From: Acidobacteriota bacterium
GTDB lineage: Bacteria; Acidobacteriota; UBA6911; RPQK01; JADFOI01
DNA: 64,000 nucleotides
Reading direction: 5' to 3'
NCBI GenBank assembly: GCA_963663035.1
Contig: OY760074.1
Span: forward strand, 864,001 to 928,000
Both the position numbers and the translations under genes were made by a program. Positions 9,570 through 19,650 of this stretch are shown one piece after another. The notes below the pieces were generated by a model that worked only from the letters and a program-made list of their open reading frames with translations, had not been told where the DNA came from and did no database searches. Numbering within the stretch: position 1 is the stretch's first letter; each line of letters opens with the position of its first letter.

Positions 9570-11369
9570 GTGAAGGATTTTCGCAAACTTGTACCCTACA
9601 TCCGCTCCTATTCCCATTTGCTGGCTTTAGCTGTAGTGCTTCTGGTGCTCAGTAGTGCTCTTGAGACGGTCCTGATCATGCTATTGGCGCCGATCTTTAA
9701 CCAGTGGGCGGAGGGGGTCGGTGTGGTTGTGGATGAGGATGCAAAGTTTGCTTTTCTCCAGCAGCTCCTGGGCTTGAGTCCAGACAATCTGGGACGGATC
9801 GCCGCTTGTCTGGTTGTTTTCGCGCTCCTCAAGGGGGTCTTTCTTTACTGCGCCGAATACTCCATGAGTTATTCCGGTCAGAAGGTGGTAGCCGCTATCA
9901 GGAAGCAGCTGTATGGGCATCTCTTGAGTCAGTCTCTGGCCTTCTATGCTGCATTTCCCACCGGGAAATTGATGTCGCGTGTCGTTACCGATACCGAGCG
10001 ACTGCAGGAAACAGTGAGTAAAACGCTGACAGACCTGATCCGCCAAATTCTGCTGCTGGTGTTTTTTCTGGGTCTGGTTTTCTACATCGATTGGAGGCTG
10101 GCCCTGTTGTCTCTTTTAATTGCCCCGCTGGTCCTATCGATCACTCTCAAGCTGGGCCGGAAGATGCGTAAGGTCAGTCAGCTCAGTCAGGAGAATCTTG
10201 CCGAGATCTCGCATGTGCTTCAGGAGACCATTTCCGGTCACCAGATTGTTCAGGCCTTTGGCATGGAGAAGTACGAGGAGAAACGGTTCGGTCACTCAAC
10301 CGATCAGCTGGTGGGCACGAATCTCAAAGCTGCCCGCATCAGTGCACTCAGCTCACCCTTGGTGGAATTCATCGGTTATGTTTCCTTCGTCCCGTTTTTT
10401 CTCTACGCCGACTATCAAATCAATCGGGGTTTTACCATTGGCGCCTTTGTCGTTTTCGTGGCTGCACTCTTTCGATTGTATGAACCCGTCCGAAAACTCT
10501 CCCGCATGCATTTGCATTTTCAGCAGGCCTTTGCCTCTTCCAATCGAATCTTCCAACTGCTGGAAACCCATGTTGATATTCAGGATTCACAAGGTGCACG
10601 CAACTTACCATTGTTTCAGGAAAAACTTGTCTTTGACGACGTTTCCTTCCGCTACCAGGGCTCCGGCTCACCAGCCGTCTTGCGGGGCATTAACCTGGAA
10701 ATCAACAAGGGGGAGATTGTGGCGCTGGTGGGAAGCAGCGGCGCTGGGAAGAGCAGTCTGGCTGCTTTGATACCTCGCTTTTTCGATGTGACCTCCGGGT
10801 TGATCAGCATCGATGGAAGCGACATTCGTGAGGTGACCTTGTCCTCCCTGAGGGGTCAGATTGCGATCGTTACTCAGGACACGTTCTTGTTTAACGATAC
10901 CGTGAAGAACAATATTGCCTACGGAAGAGAGGATTGCACTCTGGAGGAGATCGTTGAGTCGTCGCGGGCCGCCCTGATCCATGATTTCATCACCACTCTT
11001 CCCCAGGGATACGACACCGTGATTGGAGAGCGGGGGAAGCGGGTTTCCGGCGGCCAGCGCCAGAGGATTGCCATCGCCCGCGCCCTTTTGAAAAAGGCGC
11101 CCATTCTGATTCTGGACGAAGCGACTTCGGCCTTGGACAGCGAATCGGAACGCCTGGTTCAGGAGGCCCTTAATAACCTCATGCAGCACTGTACGACCCT
11201 GGTCATTGCTCACCGGCTGTCAACGGTTCGACTGGCCCACAGAATCATCGTCCTTGAAGCAGGTCAAGTTGTTGAAGTGGGAGACCACCAGAGTTTGTTA
11301 AAGTGTTCAGGAGTGTATCGAAAGCTTTATGAGGTTCAGTTTGAAGGTGCCCAGTTCGTATCATCATAG
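9570..11369 (+). CDS. msbA: MsbA-like ABC exporter (fused TMD and NBD)
   Basis: TM domain, Walker A GSSGAGKS, SGGQRQR, LILDEATSALD, IAHRLST; Kdo genes nearby. Confidence 0.78.
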   Translation: MKDFRKLVPYIRSYSHLLALAVVLLVLSSALETVLIMLLAPIFNQWAEGVGVVVDEDAKFAFLQQLLGLSPDNLGRIAACLVVFALLKGVFLYCAEYSMSYSGQKVVAAIRKQLYGHLLSQSLAFYAAFPTGKLMSRVVTDTERLQETVSKTLTDLIRQILLLVFFLGLVFYIDWRLALLSLLIAPLVLSITLKLGRKMRKVSQLSQENLAEISHVLQETISGHQIVQAFGMEKYEEKRFGHSTDQLVGTNLKAARISALSSPLVEFIGYVSFVPFFLYADYQINRGFTIGAFVVFVAALFRLYEPVRKLSRMHLHFQQAFASSNRIFQLLETHVDIQDSQGARNLPLFQEKLVFDDVSFRYQGSGSPAVLRGINLEINKGEIVALVGSSGAGKSSLAALIPRFFDVTSGLISIDGSDIREVTLSSLRGQIAIVTQDTFLFNDTVKNNIAYGREDCTLEEIVESSRAALIHDFITTLPQGYDTVIGERGKRVSGGQRQRIAIARALLKKAPILILDEATSALDSESERLVQEALNNLMQHCTTLVIAHRLSTVRLAHRIIVLEAGQVVEVGDHQSLLKCSGVYRKLYEVQFEGAQFVSS

Positions 11370-11370
11370 T

Positions 11371-11400
11371 CTAGCTCGCATTATGCATAATGCGGGCTAG
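11371..11400. repeat. 30-bp palindrome CTAG-CYCGCATTATGCATAATGCGGG-CTAG (empty form of MITE-like family)
   Basis: One-mismatch palindrome; same ends as elements at 46993, 56519, 63809. Confidence 0.75.
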
Positions 11401-11418
11401 GGGGAAAGTAGGGTAATT

Positions 11419-12291
11419 ATGCGCAGTATGACAGGATTTGGACAGGCCCAGCACTCCAACCAGGAGATGGATCTGAGTGTTGAGATTAAGACAGTCAACA
11501 GCCGTTACCTCGACCTGCATTTACATCTTCCCAGGGAATTGTCTTCTCTGGAGCCGGAGCTGCGAAAGGAGGCGCAATCCTTTCTCAGTCGGGGTCGGGT
11601 GGAGATCCACCTTGCTATCGATCTCAAATCCAACCACCATTACGACCTGAATGAGGCGCTGGTGGAAAATTATCTGTCGGCCGCTAAGAAGGTCCAGTCC
11701 CTGGGCGCGAAAGGCGGGCTTGATGTGTCGGCTATCTTGCAACTGCCAGGAGTGGTCGCACCACGTCAGATGGACTTCTCAGCCGATGGGCTCATGGAGA
11801 GCACTGTGGAGGCCTTTCGGGAAGGCCTGGAGAATGTGGTAAGCGCCCGCAGCAGCGAAGGAGCCGCTCTCAAGAAGGATTTAGAGGATCGACTCGAGCA
11901 CCTGGCTGAACTGACCCGTGGAATCGCTGCGGAGGCGGAACACATTCCCGATTATTATCGGAAGAAGCTGAAGCAGCGCATCCAAAACCTCACCCAGGAA
12001 AAACACGTGGATGAGCACCGATTGGCCCAGGAGATTCTCCACTACGCTGAGCGTGCCGATATTGCGGAGGAAATCACACGTTTGAAAAGTCACATATCCC
12101 GCTTCCAGGAAGAACTGAGTGCCTCTGAGGATAAGGCAGTTGGTAGACGACTGGACTTCCTGAGTCAGGAGATGGGCCGGGAGATGAACACGGTTCTGTC
12201 CAAATCTCCAATGACAATCATCTCAGACTTTGCCGTTGAAGGGAAGATGGAGATCGAGAAAATAAGAGAACAAGTTCAAAATGTCGAATAA
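11419..12291 (+). CDS. yicC: YicC/YloC family endoribonuclease
   Basis: MRSMTGFG, VNSRYLD, DIAEEITRL.SH, GRRLDFL.QEM.RE.NT, KIREQVQNVE. Confidence 0.93.
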   Translation: MRSMTGFGQAQHSNQEMDLSVEIKTVNSRYLDLHLHLPRELSSLEPELRKEAQSFLSRGRVEIHLAIDLKSNHHYDLNEALVENYLSAAKKVQSLGAKGGLDVSAILQLPGVVAPRQMDFSADGLMESTVEAFREGLENVVSARSSEGAALKKDLEDRLEHLAELTRGIAAEAEHIPDYYRKKLKQRIQNLTQEKHVDEHRLAQEILHYAERADIAEEITRLKSHISRFQEELSASEDKAVGRRLDFLSQEMGREMNTVLSKSPMTIISDFAVEGKMEIEKIREQVQNVE

Positions 12292-12904
12292 AGGAAGTCT
12301 CATTGTGATGAGCGCTCCCTCAGGCTGTGGGAAGACCAGTTTGGCAAAGCGGGCTCTAGAGGAAATATCAGATCTGACTTTCTCTGTGAGCCATACCACA
12401 CGGCAGCCACGGGAGGGAGAACGGGAAGGAGTGGACTATTTCTTTATTCAAAAGAACGATTTTCAGAAGATGGTTGAGCAAGACGCCTTCCTGGAGCATG
12501 CCCATGTTTACGGAAATGACTATGGAACAAGCCGGACTTTCGTGGACGCAAAGCTGGCTGACGGGTATGATGTACTCTTGGACCTGGACGTTCAGGGTGC
12601 CGTGCAGGTTAAGGAGCGTTACCCTGCAGCCATTCTGCTTTTCGTGTTACCCCCCTCACTCGAGGCGCTCCGGGGGCGATTGAGGAACCGCGGTCTGGAT
12701 GATCCAGGTGTTATTGCTGATAGGCTTAAGATCGCGAAAGAGGTCATCGAAGATTACACAAAGTATCAGTTTGTTATCATCAATAAGGAGATAGAGGAAT
12801 CGTTGCTTGAGTTGAAATCCATCGTCCAGGTTGCCGGCTATCGCATGGAGCAGCGAAAGGCACTGGCAGAGGAAATCCTCGAGACTTTTCCGGAAAGCCC
12901 ATGA
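12281..12904 (+). CDS. gmk: Guanylate kinase
   Basis: SAPSGCGKT, SHTTRQPREGE..GVDYFF, YGTS. Confidence 0.96.
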   Translation: MSNKGSLIVMSAPSGCGKTSLAKRALEEISDLTFSVSHTTRQPREGEREGVDYFFIQKNDFQKMVEQDAFLEHAHVYGNDYGTSRTFVDAKLADGYDVLLDLDVQGAVQVKERYPAAILLFVLPPSLEALRGRLRNRGLDDPGVIADRLKIAKEVIEDYTKYQFVIINKEIEESLLELKSIVQVAGYRMEQRKALAEEILETFPESP

Positions 12905-13125
12905 TTATCAACATTCCAGACGAGTTTGACAGTAAGTTCAGGTTTATTATTGTGGCCGCCGAGCGGGCAAAACAGCTTCAAAATGGAGCGCCTGCCAGAA
13001 TTTCGGTCCAGTCAAGAAAGCCATCATATATCGCCATCAGAGAGGTGGAGCAGCATCTCGTACCTTTCCAGGTTCTCGAGACTAAACCAGCAGATGAGGA
13101 AGAGGAGGAAGAGACGCAGGAGTGA
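12901..13125 (+). CDS. rpoZ: RNA polymerase omega subunit
   Basis: SKFRFIIVAAERAKQL; conserved position between gmk and coaBC. Confidence 0.92.
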   Translation: MIINIPDEFDSKFRFIIVAAERAKQLQNGAPARISVQSRKPSYIAIREVEQHLVPFQVLETKPADEEEEEETQE

Positions 13126-14318
13126 AGGTCATACTGGGAGTGACGGGTTGCATAGGAGCCTATAAGTCGGCCGTCGTCCTCCGGCTGCTGCAAAAAGAAG
13201 GTTTTGAGGTCCTCCCCGTCATGACTCGGGCTGCCCAACAGTTTATTACCCCGCTCACTCTGGAGAAGCTCTCCGGTCATAAGGTCGTTTCGGATCTTTT
13301 CAGTGATCACACGGTTCAAATCGAGCATATTTCCCTGGCCCGCCAGAGCGATTTGCTCGTGGTGGCTCCAGCTACCGCCAATATCCTGGCCAAGTTTGCC
13401 CAGGGTATTGCTGACGATTTCTTGAGTACGCTCTACCTCTCAACCACGACGCCCGTCATCATCGCACCTGCCATGAATGTTGAGATGTGGCACCATCCTG
13501 CGACGCAGGAGAATTTGGAGACTCTGAGGCAGAGAGGAACGGAGATTGTCGAGCCAGGTTCCGGTTATCTTGCCTGTGGGGAAGAAGGCGAGGGACGCTT
13601 GGCAGAGCCTGAACAGATCCTGGAGGCGGTGCTGAACACCTTCACCAGGAAGAAATCTCTGCTGAACAAGAGGGTGCTCATCACCGCAGGCCCCACCATT
13701 GAGGCTCTGGACCCGGTTCGCTTCATTTCTAATCGCTCCTCCGGAAAGATGGGTTATGCCCTGGCCCGTGAAGCTCATTTGCGGGGTGCCCAAGTCGTGC
13801 TCATCTCGGGCCCCACCCACCTGGAACCCCCGGAAGGGGTCAAGCTTGTCGGGGTCCGGTCCGCTGCAGAAATGGCCAAGGCCGTCTTTGATCACTTTCC
13901 CGATTCAGATGTTGTGGTGATGGCAGCAGCGGTCTCCGATTTCACGCCGGCAAGCGTCTCTTCTGAAAAGTTAAAAAAGGAGAATGTGGAGCCGGTCATC
14001 CAGTTGGAAGAGACAGTGGATATCCTGAAGGAGCTGGGTCAGCGAAAGGAGGGGCAATATTTGGTTGGATTTGCCGCCGAGTCAGGCCCAGTGCGTGAAG
14101 AGGCCCGTAAGAAGCTGCAGGAAAAGGGTTTGGATCTGATTGTCGGAAACGATATTTCTCGGGAGGATCAAGGTTTTCAATCGGAGTTCAACCAGGTGCT
14201 TCTGATCGACTGCGAGGGGAAGGAAGAAGAACTTCCTCGACTTCCTAAAACCGATATCGCTGCCATACTCTGGGACCGAATCCAGCAGAGAGAATCCGAA
14301 AGACAGAATGTCTCTTGA
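13122..14318 (+). CDS. coaBC: Phosphopantothenoylcysteine decarboxylase/ligase
   Basis: GVTG.IGAYK, PATAN, PAMN, LACG..G.GR, DPVRFISNRSSGKMG, GFAAES. Confidence 0.96.
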   Translation: MKVILGVTGCIGAYKSAVVLRLLQKEGFEVLPVMTRAAQQFITPLTLEKLSGHKVVSDLFSDHTVQIEHISLARQSDLLVVAPATANILAKFAQGIADDFLSTLYLSTTTPVIIAPAMNVEMWHHPATQENLETLRQRGTEIVEPGSGYLACGEEGEGRLAEPEQILEAVLNTFTRKKSLLNKRVLITAGPTIEALDPVRFISNRSSGKMGYALAREAHLRGAQVVLISGPTHLEPPEGVKLVGVRSAAEMAKAVFDHFPDSDVVVMAAAVSDFTPASVSSEKLKKENVEPVIQLEETVDILKELGQRKEGQYLVGFAAESGPVREEARKKLQEKGLDLIVGNDISREDQGFQSEFNQVLLIDCEGKEEELPRLPKTDIAAILWDRIQQRESERQNVS

Positions 14319-14321
14319 CTG

Positions 14322-15236
14322 ATGCCCAGATCAGGTTTCATCGCCCTCATGGGCCGTCCCAACGTCGGTAAATCCACCATCCTGAATCTTCTCGTCGGAG
14401 AGAAGATCGCCATCGTCAGCAATAAGCCTCAAACGACGCGCAATCGTATTCTTGGGGTTCGAACCGGCGAAGACAGCCAGATGGTCTTCGTCGATACTCC
14501 TGGAATTCATCGTCCTGGTTACCTGTTGAATAAACGGATGATGAATGAGGTCTACGATTCGATCCAAGGGGTTGACCTCCTGATTCACATCGTTGATGTC
14601 TCTGAGAGGTATGGCAAAGGAGAAGGATATGTCCTGAGCTTGGTCCAGAAGCTCCGCCTGCCGACCTTCCTGGTCTTCAATAAAATGGATTTGATCAACA
14701 AGGGCAAAGTTCTTCCGATGATGGAATTTTACAGCCAGCAGTTTGAGTATGGAGAGATCATTCCCCTTTCAGCTACCCAGGGGGACAATGTGGAGTTGCT
14801 TGAGGAGAAGATCGTAGAGAAGCTTCCCACCAGGGAGTGGTTCTACCCGGCTGACTACATCACCGATCAACCAGAGCTGTTCATTGTCTCGGAAATCGTT
14901 CGGGAAAAAGTTCTCCACCACAGTCGGCAAGAGCTGCCCTACTCGACGGCTGTTCTGGTGGAGGAGTTTGATGACAGTAAAAGAAAGAAAGGATTCGTGC
15001 GGATTACAGCCTCCATCATCGTGGATAAGGACAACCACAAGAAAATCATCATCGGGCGCGCGGGAAGCATGATCAAAGTGATTGGAACAGAAGCACGGCT
15101 TGACCTGCAGACTTTTCTCGGTGTCCCCAAGGTCTACCTTGACTTGAACGTCAAGGTCATCGCAGGTTGGAGAGATCAGGAGCATATGTTGGACGAACTG
15201 GGTGTCAGGTCACGGCTCTATACTCAAAAGGAGTGA
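14322..15236 (+). CDS. era: GTPase Era
   Basis: GRPNVGKST, KPQTTR, DTPG, NKMD, ELPYS, KH-domain IIG. Confidence 0.95.
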   Translation: MPRSGFIALMGRPNVGKSTILNLLVGEKIAIVSNKPQTTRNRILGVRTGEDSQMVFVDTPGIHRPGYLLNKRMMNEVYDSIQGVDLLIHIVDVSERYGKGEGYVLSLVQKLRLPTFLVFNKMDLINKGKVLPMMEFYSQQFEYGEIIPLSATQGDNVELLEEKIVEKLPTREWFYPADYITDQPELFIVSEIVREKVLHHSRQELPYSTAVLVEEFDDSKRKKGFVRITASIIVDKDNHKKIIIGRAGSMIKVIGTEARLDLQTFLGVPKVYLDLNVKVIAGWRDQEHMLDELGVRSRLYTQKE

Positions 15237-15871
15237 GAAGAGAGGTTGTTGAGCAACTCAAATTTTTTTCGAATCTCGGTGTGACTCACCTCCGGGTGCC
15301 AACCGAGGAAAGTCCCCAGTCACTTGAGGACATCCGCCAGGAATTGGGGGATTGCCAGCGGTGCAAACTGTGGAAAAGCCGCACGCGTATCGTGTTTGGG
15401 GTAGGGAATCGGAAGGCTGATCTCATGTTTGTGGGGGAGGCGCCTGGGGCGGACGAAGATGCTCAGGGGATACCTTTTGTGGGGCGGGCCGGCCAGCTCC
15501 TGACCAAGATCATCGAAGCCATGGGGCTCAAGCGAGAACAGGTGTACATCGCCAACATTCTAAAATGCCGACCTCCCGACAACCGCAATCCGGAGCCGGA
15601 TGAAGTGGAAAGTTGTGAAGGTTTCTTGTCCAAACAAATCGAAGCTGTTCAACCGAAAATTATCGTGGCTTTAGGCAGGTATGCAGCTCAACTCCTGCTG
15701 CAAACGGATACTCCCATTTCCAAGATTCGGGGAGAGTTCTTTCAATTTCAAAGCAGTCTCCTCATTCCCACCTTTCACCCTTCCTATCTTCTGCGCAACC
15801 CTTCGGCCAAGCGCCATGTGTGGGAGGATATGCAAGCCGTACAAGCACGCTTAAAAGAACTTGGAACTTGA
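15233..15871 (+). CDS. Uracil-DNA glycosylase family 4
   Basis: CQRC, GEAPG..ED..G.PFVGRAG, KCRPP.NR.P, HPSYLLR; start uncertain (GTG overlapping era stop). Confidence 0.92.
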   Translation: MRREVVEQLKFFSNLGVTHLRVPTEESPQSLEDIRQELGDCQRCKLWKSRTRIVFGVGNRKADLMFVGEAPGADEDAQGIPFVGRAGQLLTKIIEAMGLKREQVYIANILKCRPPDNRNPEPDEVESCEGFLSKQIEAVQPKIIVALGRYAAQLLLQTDTPISKIRGEFFQFQSSLLIPTFHPSYLLRNPSAKRHVWEDMQAVQARLKELGT

Positions 15872-18135
15872 AGTCTAGCCCATCTTCCTTTGCCGATGTT
15901 GCGGTGCCTTTTCCTCTTTTCCAAACCTTTACCTACTCTGTCCCGGAGCCCATCAGAAACGGGCTGACTCCCGGGTGTCGTGTCCTTGTGCCCTTTGGTA
16001 ACCGCCATCTGATCGGTCTGGCCACCAAGGTGCATCACGAGAGCAGGCCGGGTAAAGTCAAGCCAGTTCGCCAGATTCTGGACCGGGAACCTCTCCTCTC
16101 TCCTGCAATGCTCAAACTCGGTCTATGGATGGCTTCCTATTACCTTGCTCCGCCCGGGGAGGCGCTACGAGTGATGTTGCCACCCGGGCTGTTAACCAGG
16201 AAGGTCACGCTGGATCAGGATGGACGACTGCAGAAGGTTTGGCCCGCCCAGCGACGGCTGGCCGTGGTGGAAATCTCTTCCGCTGCTGCGAAGCTGACAG
16301 AGAGACAGGGGGAGGTGCTTGAGTTGCTGCGAAAGCGGACACTTCCCGTCCTGGTGCAGCCCTTCCTGCGTGAGGCGGGCTGCAGTCAGTCGGTGCTTGC
16401 AGGCCTGACCTCTCGAGGTGTCATCCGTATTGAGGCGGTCGAGATGTATCGCTCACCCTGGACTCAGTCCGAGACCTCCCCGCAGGTGACGAAACATTCG
16501 CTGAACTCAGACCAGAATCGAATCTTGAAAAAGATTGAGCAGCATCTCTCGGTTGGCCAGTTTCGCAGCCTCTTGATCCACGGCGTTACAGGAAGTGGCA
16601 AGACAGAGATCTACCTGAATGCAATCGCCACTGTCCTGGCTCAAGGACGCTCAGCGCTGGTTTTGGTTCCTGAGATCGGTTTGACTCCTCAGATTTCCCA
16701 TTACTTTAGAGCCTGGTTCGGAAAGGAGGTCGCGATTCTGCACAGCGCCTTGTCTGACGGGGAGCGATTCGATCAATGGCGGCGAATCCGGGAGGGTCAA
16801 GCCCGTGTGGTCGTGGGGACTCGTTCGGCCGTTTTTGCTCCACTCCCCAACTTGGGGATCATCGTCGTCGATGAAGAGCAGGACAGCTCCTACAAGCAAG
16901 AAGAATTGCCTCGCTACCATGCTCGTGACGTTGCCCTCAAACGAGGAGAAATTGAAAAGACGCTGGTTATTCTCGGTAGTGCAACCCCTCAATTGGAAAC
17001 GTTCTACCACGCAGTGCATGGTGGGAATCCCGAGTATGAGATCCTCAGCTCACGGATCCTGAAACGTCCTCTGCCAAAAGTACAACTTGTCGACATGAGA
17101 GAGGAGTTTCAAAAGCTTGGCAAAGCGACCGTCATCTCACAGGCCCTGAGAGAATCCATTGCTTTGAGGTTGAGGCGGAGGGAGCAGGTTCTGGTCCTGC
17201 TCAATAGGCGAGGATTTGCATCCGCCCTGCTGTGTCGAAGCTGTGGAAGCACAGAGATGTGTGAGAACTGCAGCCTCAGCCTCACCTATCACCAAGGCTC
17301 GAACCGTCTCCTTTGTCATTATTGCGGGTTTGTGAAGGCTGTTCCAAAACAGTGTGGGACCTGCGGAAGGGAGTACATCCACTTCCTGGGTCACGGCACT
17401 GAAAAGGTCCAGACCATTCTGGAAGAACTCTTTCCCGAAGCGGCCATAGACCGTCTGGACCGGGACACGGTTCAGAGGAAGGGAAGTTCCGAGAGGATTC
17501 TGGGAGCTTTCGCTTCGGGTCAGACAGACATCTTGATCGGGACGCAAATGATCGCCAAGGGGCACGATTTTCCACGGGTCACTCTGGTGGGAGTCTTGAG
17601 TGCCGAGCAGGCTCTCCGGATGGCGGACTTTCGCGCTGCCGAAAGAACCTTTCAGCTTCTGACCCAGGTTGCCGGGCGGGCAGGAAGGGGCGAACATCCC
17701 GGGGAAGTGATTATCCAGACCTACTTTCCCAATCATTACAGCCTGAAACACGCTCGTTCCCAGGATTACCGGCTCTTCTTCGAAGAGGAGATTCGTTTCC
17801 GCCGGAGTTTTCACTATCCCCCCTTTTCAGCGCTGGCCAATGTCATGATCCAGGGGAGGCCACAGAAGAAAGCCCAACTCCTGGCAAAGCAGGTGGCGGA
17901 TTTGTTGCTTCATCAGCGGGGCCGCCTTTCAGCAAAGAGTCGAATGCGAGTTCTGGGACCTGCTCAGGCACCCATCGAGAAACTGAAAGGCGACTACCGC
18001 TTTCAGATCTTGATCAAGAGCACCAGTCGGAAGGAACTTCATGATGTGCTGGAGTCTGCCCTGGATGAGTTCAGTCAAAAAGGGGGGACCTTGAAGAGGC
18101 CCTCCATTGATATTGACCCCATTAACTTGCTCTAA
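15868..18135 (+). CDS. priA: Primosomal protein N'
   Basis: GVTGSGKTE, VPEIGLTPQ, DEEQD, four CxxC pairs, GTQMIAKGHDF, QVAGRAGR. Confidence 0.96.
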   Translation: MKSSPSSFADVAVPFPLFQTFTYSVPEPIRNGLTPGCRVLVPFGNRHLIGLATKVHHESRPGKVKPVRQILDREPLLSPAMLKLGLWMASYYLAPPGEALRVMLPPGLLTRKVTLDQDGRLQKVWPAQRRLAVVEISSAAAKLTERQGEVLELLRKRTLPVLVQPFLREAGCSQSVLAGLTSRGVIRIEAVEMYRSPWTQSETSPQVTKHSLNSDQNRILKKIEQHLSVGQFRSLLIHGVTGSGKTEIYLNAIATVLAQGRSALVLVPEIGLTPQISHYFRAWFGKEVAILHSALSDGERFDQWRRIREGQARVVVGTRSAVFAPLPNLGIIVVDEEQDSSYKQEELPRYHARDVALKRGEIEKTLVILGSATPQLETFYHAVHGGNPEYEILSSRILKRPLPKVQLVDMREEFQKLGKATVISQALRESIALRLRRREQVLVLLNRRGFASALLCRSCGSTEMCENCSLSLTYHQGSNRLLCHYCGFVKAVPKQCGTCGREYIHFLGHGTEKVQTILEELFPEAAIDRLDRDTVQRKGSSERILGAFASGQTDILIGTQMIAKGHDFPRVTLVGVLSAEQALRMADFRAAERTFQLLTQVAGRAGRGEHPGEVIIQTYFPNHYSLKHARSQDYRLFFEEEIRFRRSFHYPPFSALANVMIQGRPQKKAQLLAKQVADLLLHQRGRLSAKSRMRVLGPAQAPIEKLKGDYRFQILIKSTSRKELHDVLESALDEFSQKGGTLKRPSIDIDPINLL

Positions 18136-18142
18136 TGGAAGA

Positions 18143-18562
18143 GTGGCGGCAGTTCGAATTCATCCGAGAGTTTTGGAGAAAATGGTCGAACATGCTCGTC
18201 GTGAATACCCGCTGGAGTGTTGTGGGCTCTTGTCAGGCCAGGGGCGAGAAATCGATAGCATACGAGCGACCGGCAATCAAAAGCGCAGCCGTAAGGAATT
18301 CTTTATCCCACTGGAAGAACTCTTTTCCTTCTTTCAGGGACTGCGAGAGAGTGGTCAGGAACATCTAGGAATCTACCATTCTCATCCCCGCTCGGAATGC
18401 CTTCCTTCTGCCCGCGATGTGGCTGAGTTTCATTATCGGGAGGTGAGCTACTGGATTGTCTCATTGCAAGGTGAGAAGGCCGATATCGGCTGTTTTCTCT
18501 GGGATGGGGCGGGTTTAAAAAGCGTGTCCTTCAGAGTCGTCCGAGACAGAGGTGAAAAATGA
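18143..18562 (+). CDS. JAB/Mov34/MPN metalloprotease (Mec-like)
   Basis: P.ECCGLL and YHSHP-x6-S-x2-D JAMM motif. Confidence 0.88.
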   Translation: MAAVRIHPRVLEKMVEHARREYPLECCGLLSGQGREIDSIRATGNQKRSRKEFFIPLEELFSFFQGLRESGQEHLGIYHSHPRSECLPSARDVAEFHYREVSYWIVSLQGEKADIGCFLWDGAGLKSVSFRVVRDRGEK

Positions 18563-19650
18563 AAGCTGTGCAAACTCCCACGACGCCACCAGATGTCTTC
18601 GCAAACGTCCGAGATTCAGCACCGGATGAGCTGCTGTCTTTGCTCGATCAGATCGCACTGTTTTTACCTGAGGGGGTGAAATACCGTCTCAAGCAGGTCT
18701 TGGATTCTCTTCCTCCCGAAGGCGATAACTTACAAAAGGTTCTGGAGCTGGTTCGCTGTCAATGGAAGGACCTTCAGACTCAGGAGTGGGTTCAGATAGC
18801 GGTTGTGGGCCCGGCCCAAACGGGGAAGTCCTCGCTTGTGGTTGCCATTTCGAAACGACAACTGGCTGGATCGGAGCCCATCTTTAGGATCGTCGATCTT
18901 CGGGGTTTGGATGAGTTCCTGGGCTACCAAAGCGGTGAAAGCTTGAGCGACCGGCTCGAGCAAGCAGATGTCATCCTGCTGATCCTGGATGGTCAATATG
19001 AGTTAGCGGAGAGCACAAAACGGATGTACGAACGACTCCGAAGCTTGAACAAGCCAGTGCTGGTGGTCCTGAACAAGATAGATTTGGTTGAAGTTCCCAG
19101 GGACGCACTCAGAAAGGCCAGGAAGCAACTGGGAGCCAACGTTTTTGGCGCATCTGCAGTGCAGCCGGAGACGACCGAGCGATTATTGAAAGCCATAGTG
19201 GATGCTGATCCGAAAACCCTTTCGCCCCTGACCCAGAGGTTTCCCAGTTTTCGTCGCAGCATCTGTACCGGAATTGTCAGTCAGGCCGCTTTTTCCGGGG
19301 CCATTGTGGGAGCGATTCCGATTCCCGTGGCCGATCTTTTGCCCATCACGGCCATCCAGACTGGAATGCTTTTGAAGATCGCGCGGGTCTTTGGATACGA
19401 ACTCAACCGGGAGCGAGCCCGCGAGCTGCTGCCCATGTTGATCGCTGGCATTGCCGTGCGAGAAGCGAGCCATCGGCTTCGACGCCGCTTTCCCGAGTAT
19501 CGGAAACTCATTGCCGTCTCCTTTGCCGGACTGTGGACTTTTCTCATAGGACAAGCCGCCATTTCCTATTTTGAGAATATGTCCAAGTTCTTGCATCGGG
19601 ATTCATCTTCTGACCTATCCTCAGCTGCTATGGGGCAGGAGATTCAATGA
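18559..19650 (+). CDS. Small GTPase domain fused to DUF697/YcjF-like domain
   Basis: GPAQTGKS, DLRG, NKID; IPIPVAD...IQ..M...IA..FG. Confidence 0.7.
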   Translation: MKAVQTPTTPPDVFANVRDSAPDELLSLLDQIALFLPEGVKYRLKQVLDSLPPEGDNLQKVLELVRCQWKDLQTQEWVQIAVVGPAQTGKSSLVVAISKRQLAGSEPIFRIVDLRGLDEFLGYQSGESLSDRLEQADVILLILDGQYELAESTKRMYERLRSLNKPVLVVLNKIDLVEVPRDALRKARKQLGANVFGASAVQPETTERLLKAIVDADPKTLSPLTQRFPSFRRSICTGIVSQAAFSGAIVGAIPIPVADLLPITAIQTGMLLKIARVFGYELNRERARELLPMLIAGIAVREASHRLRRRFPEYRKLIAVSFAGLWTFLIGQAAISYFENMSKFLHRDSSSDLSSAAMGQEIQ

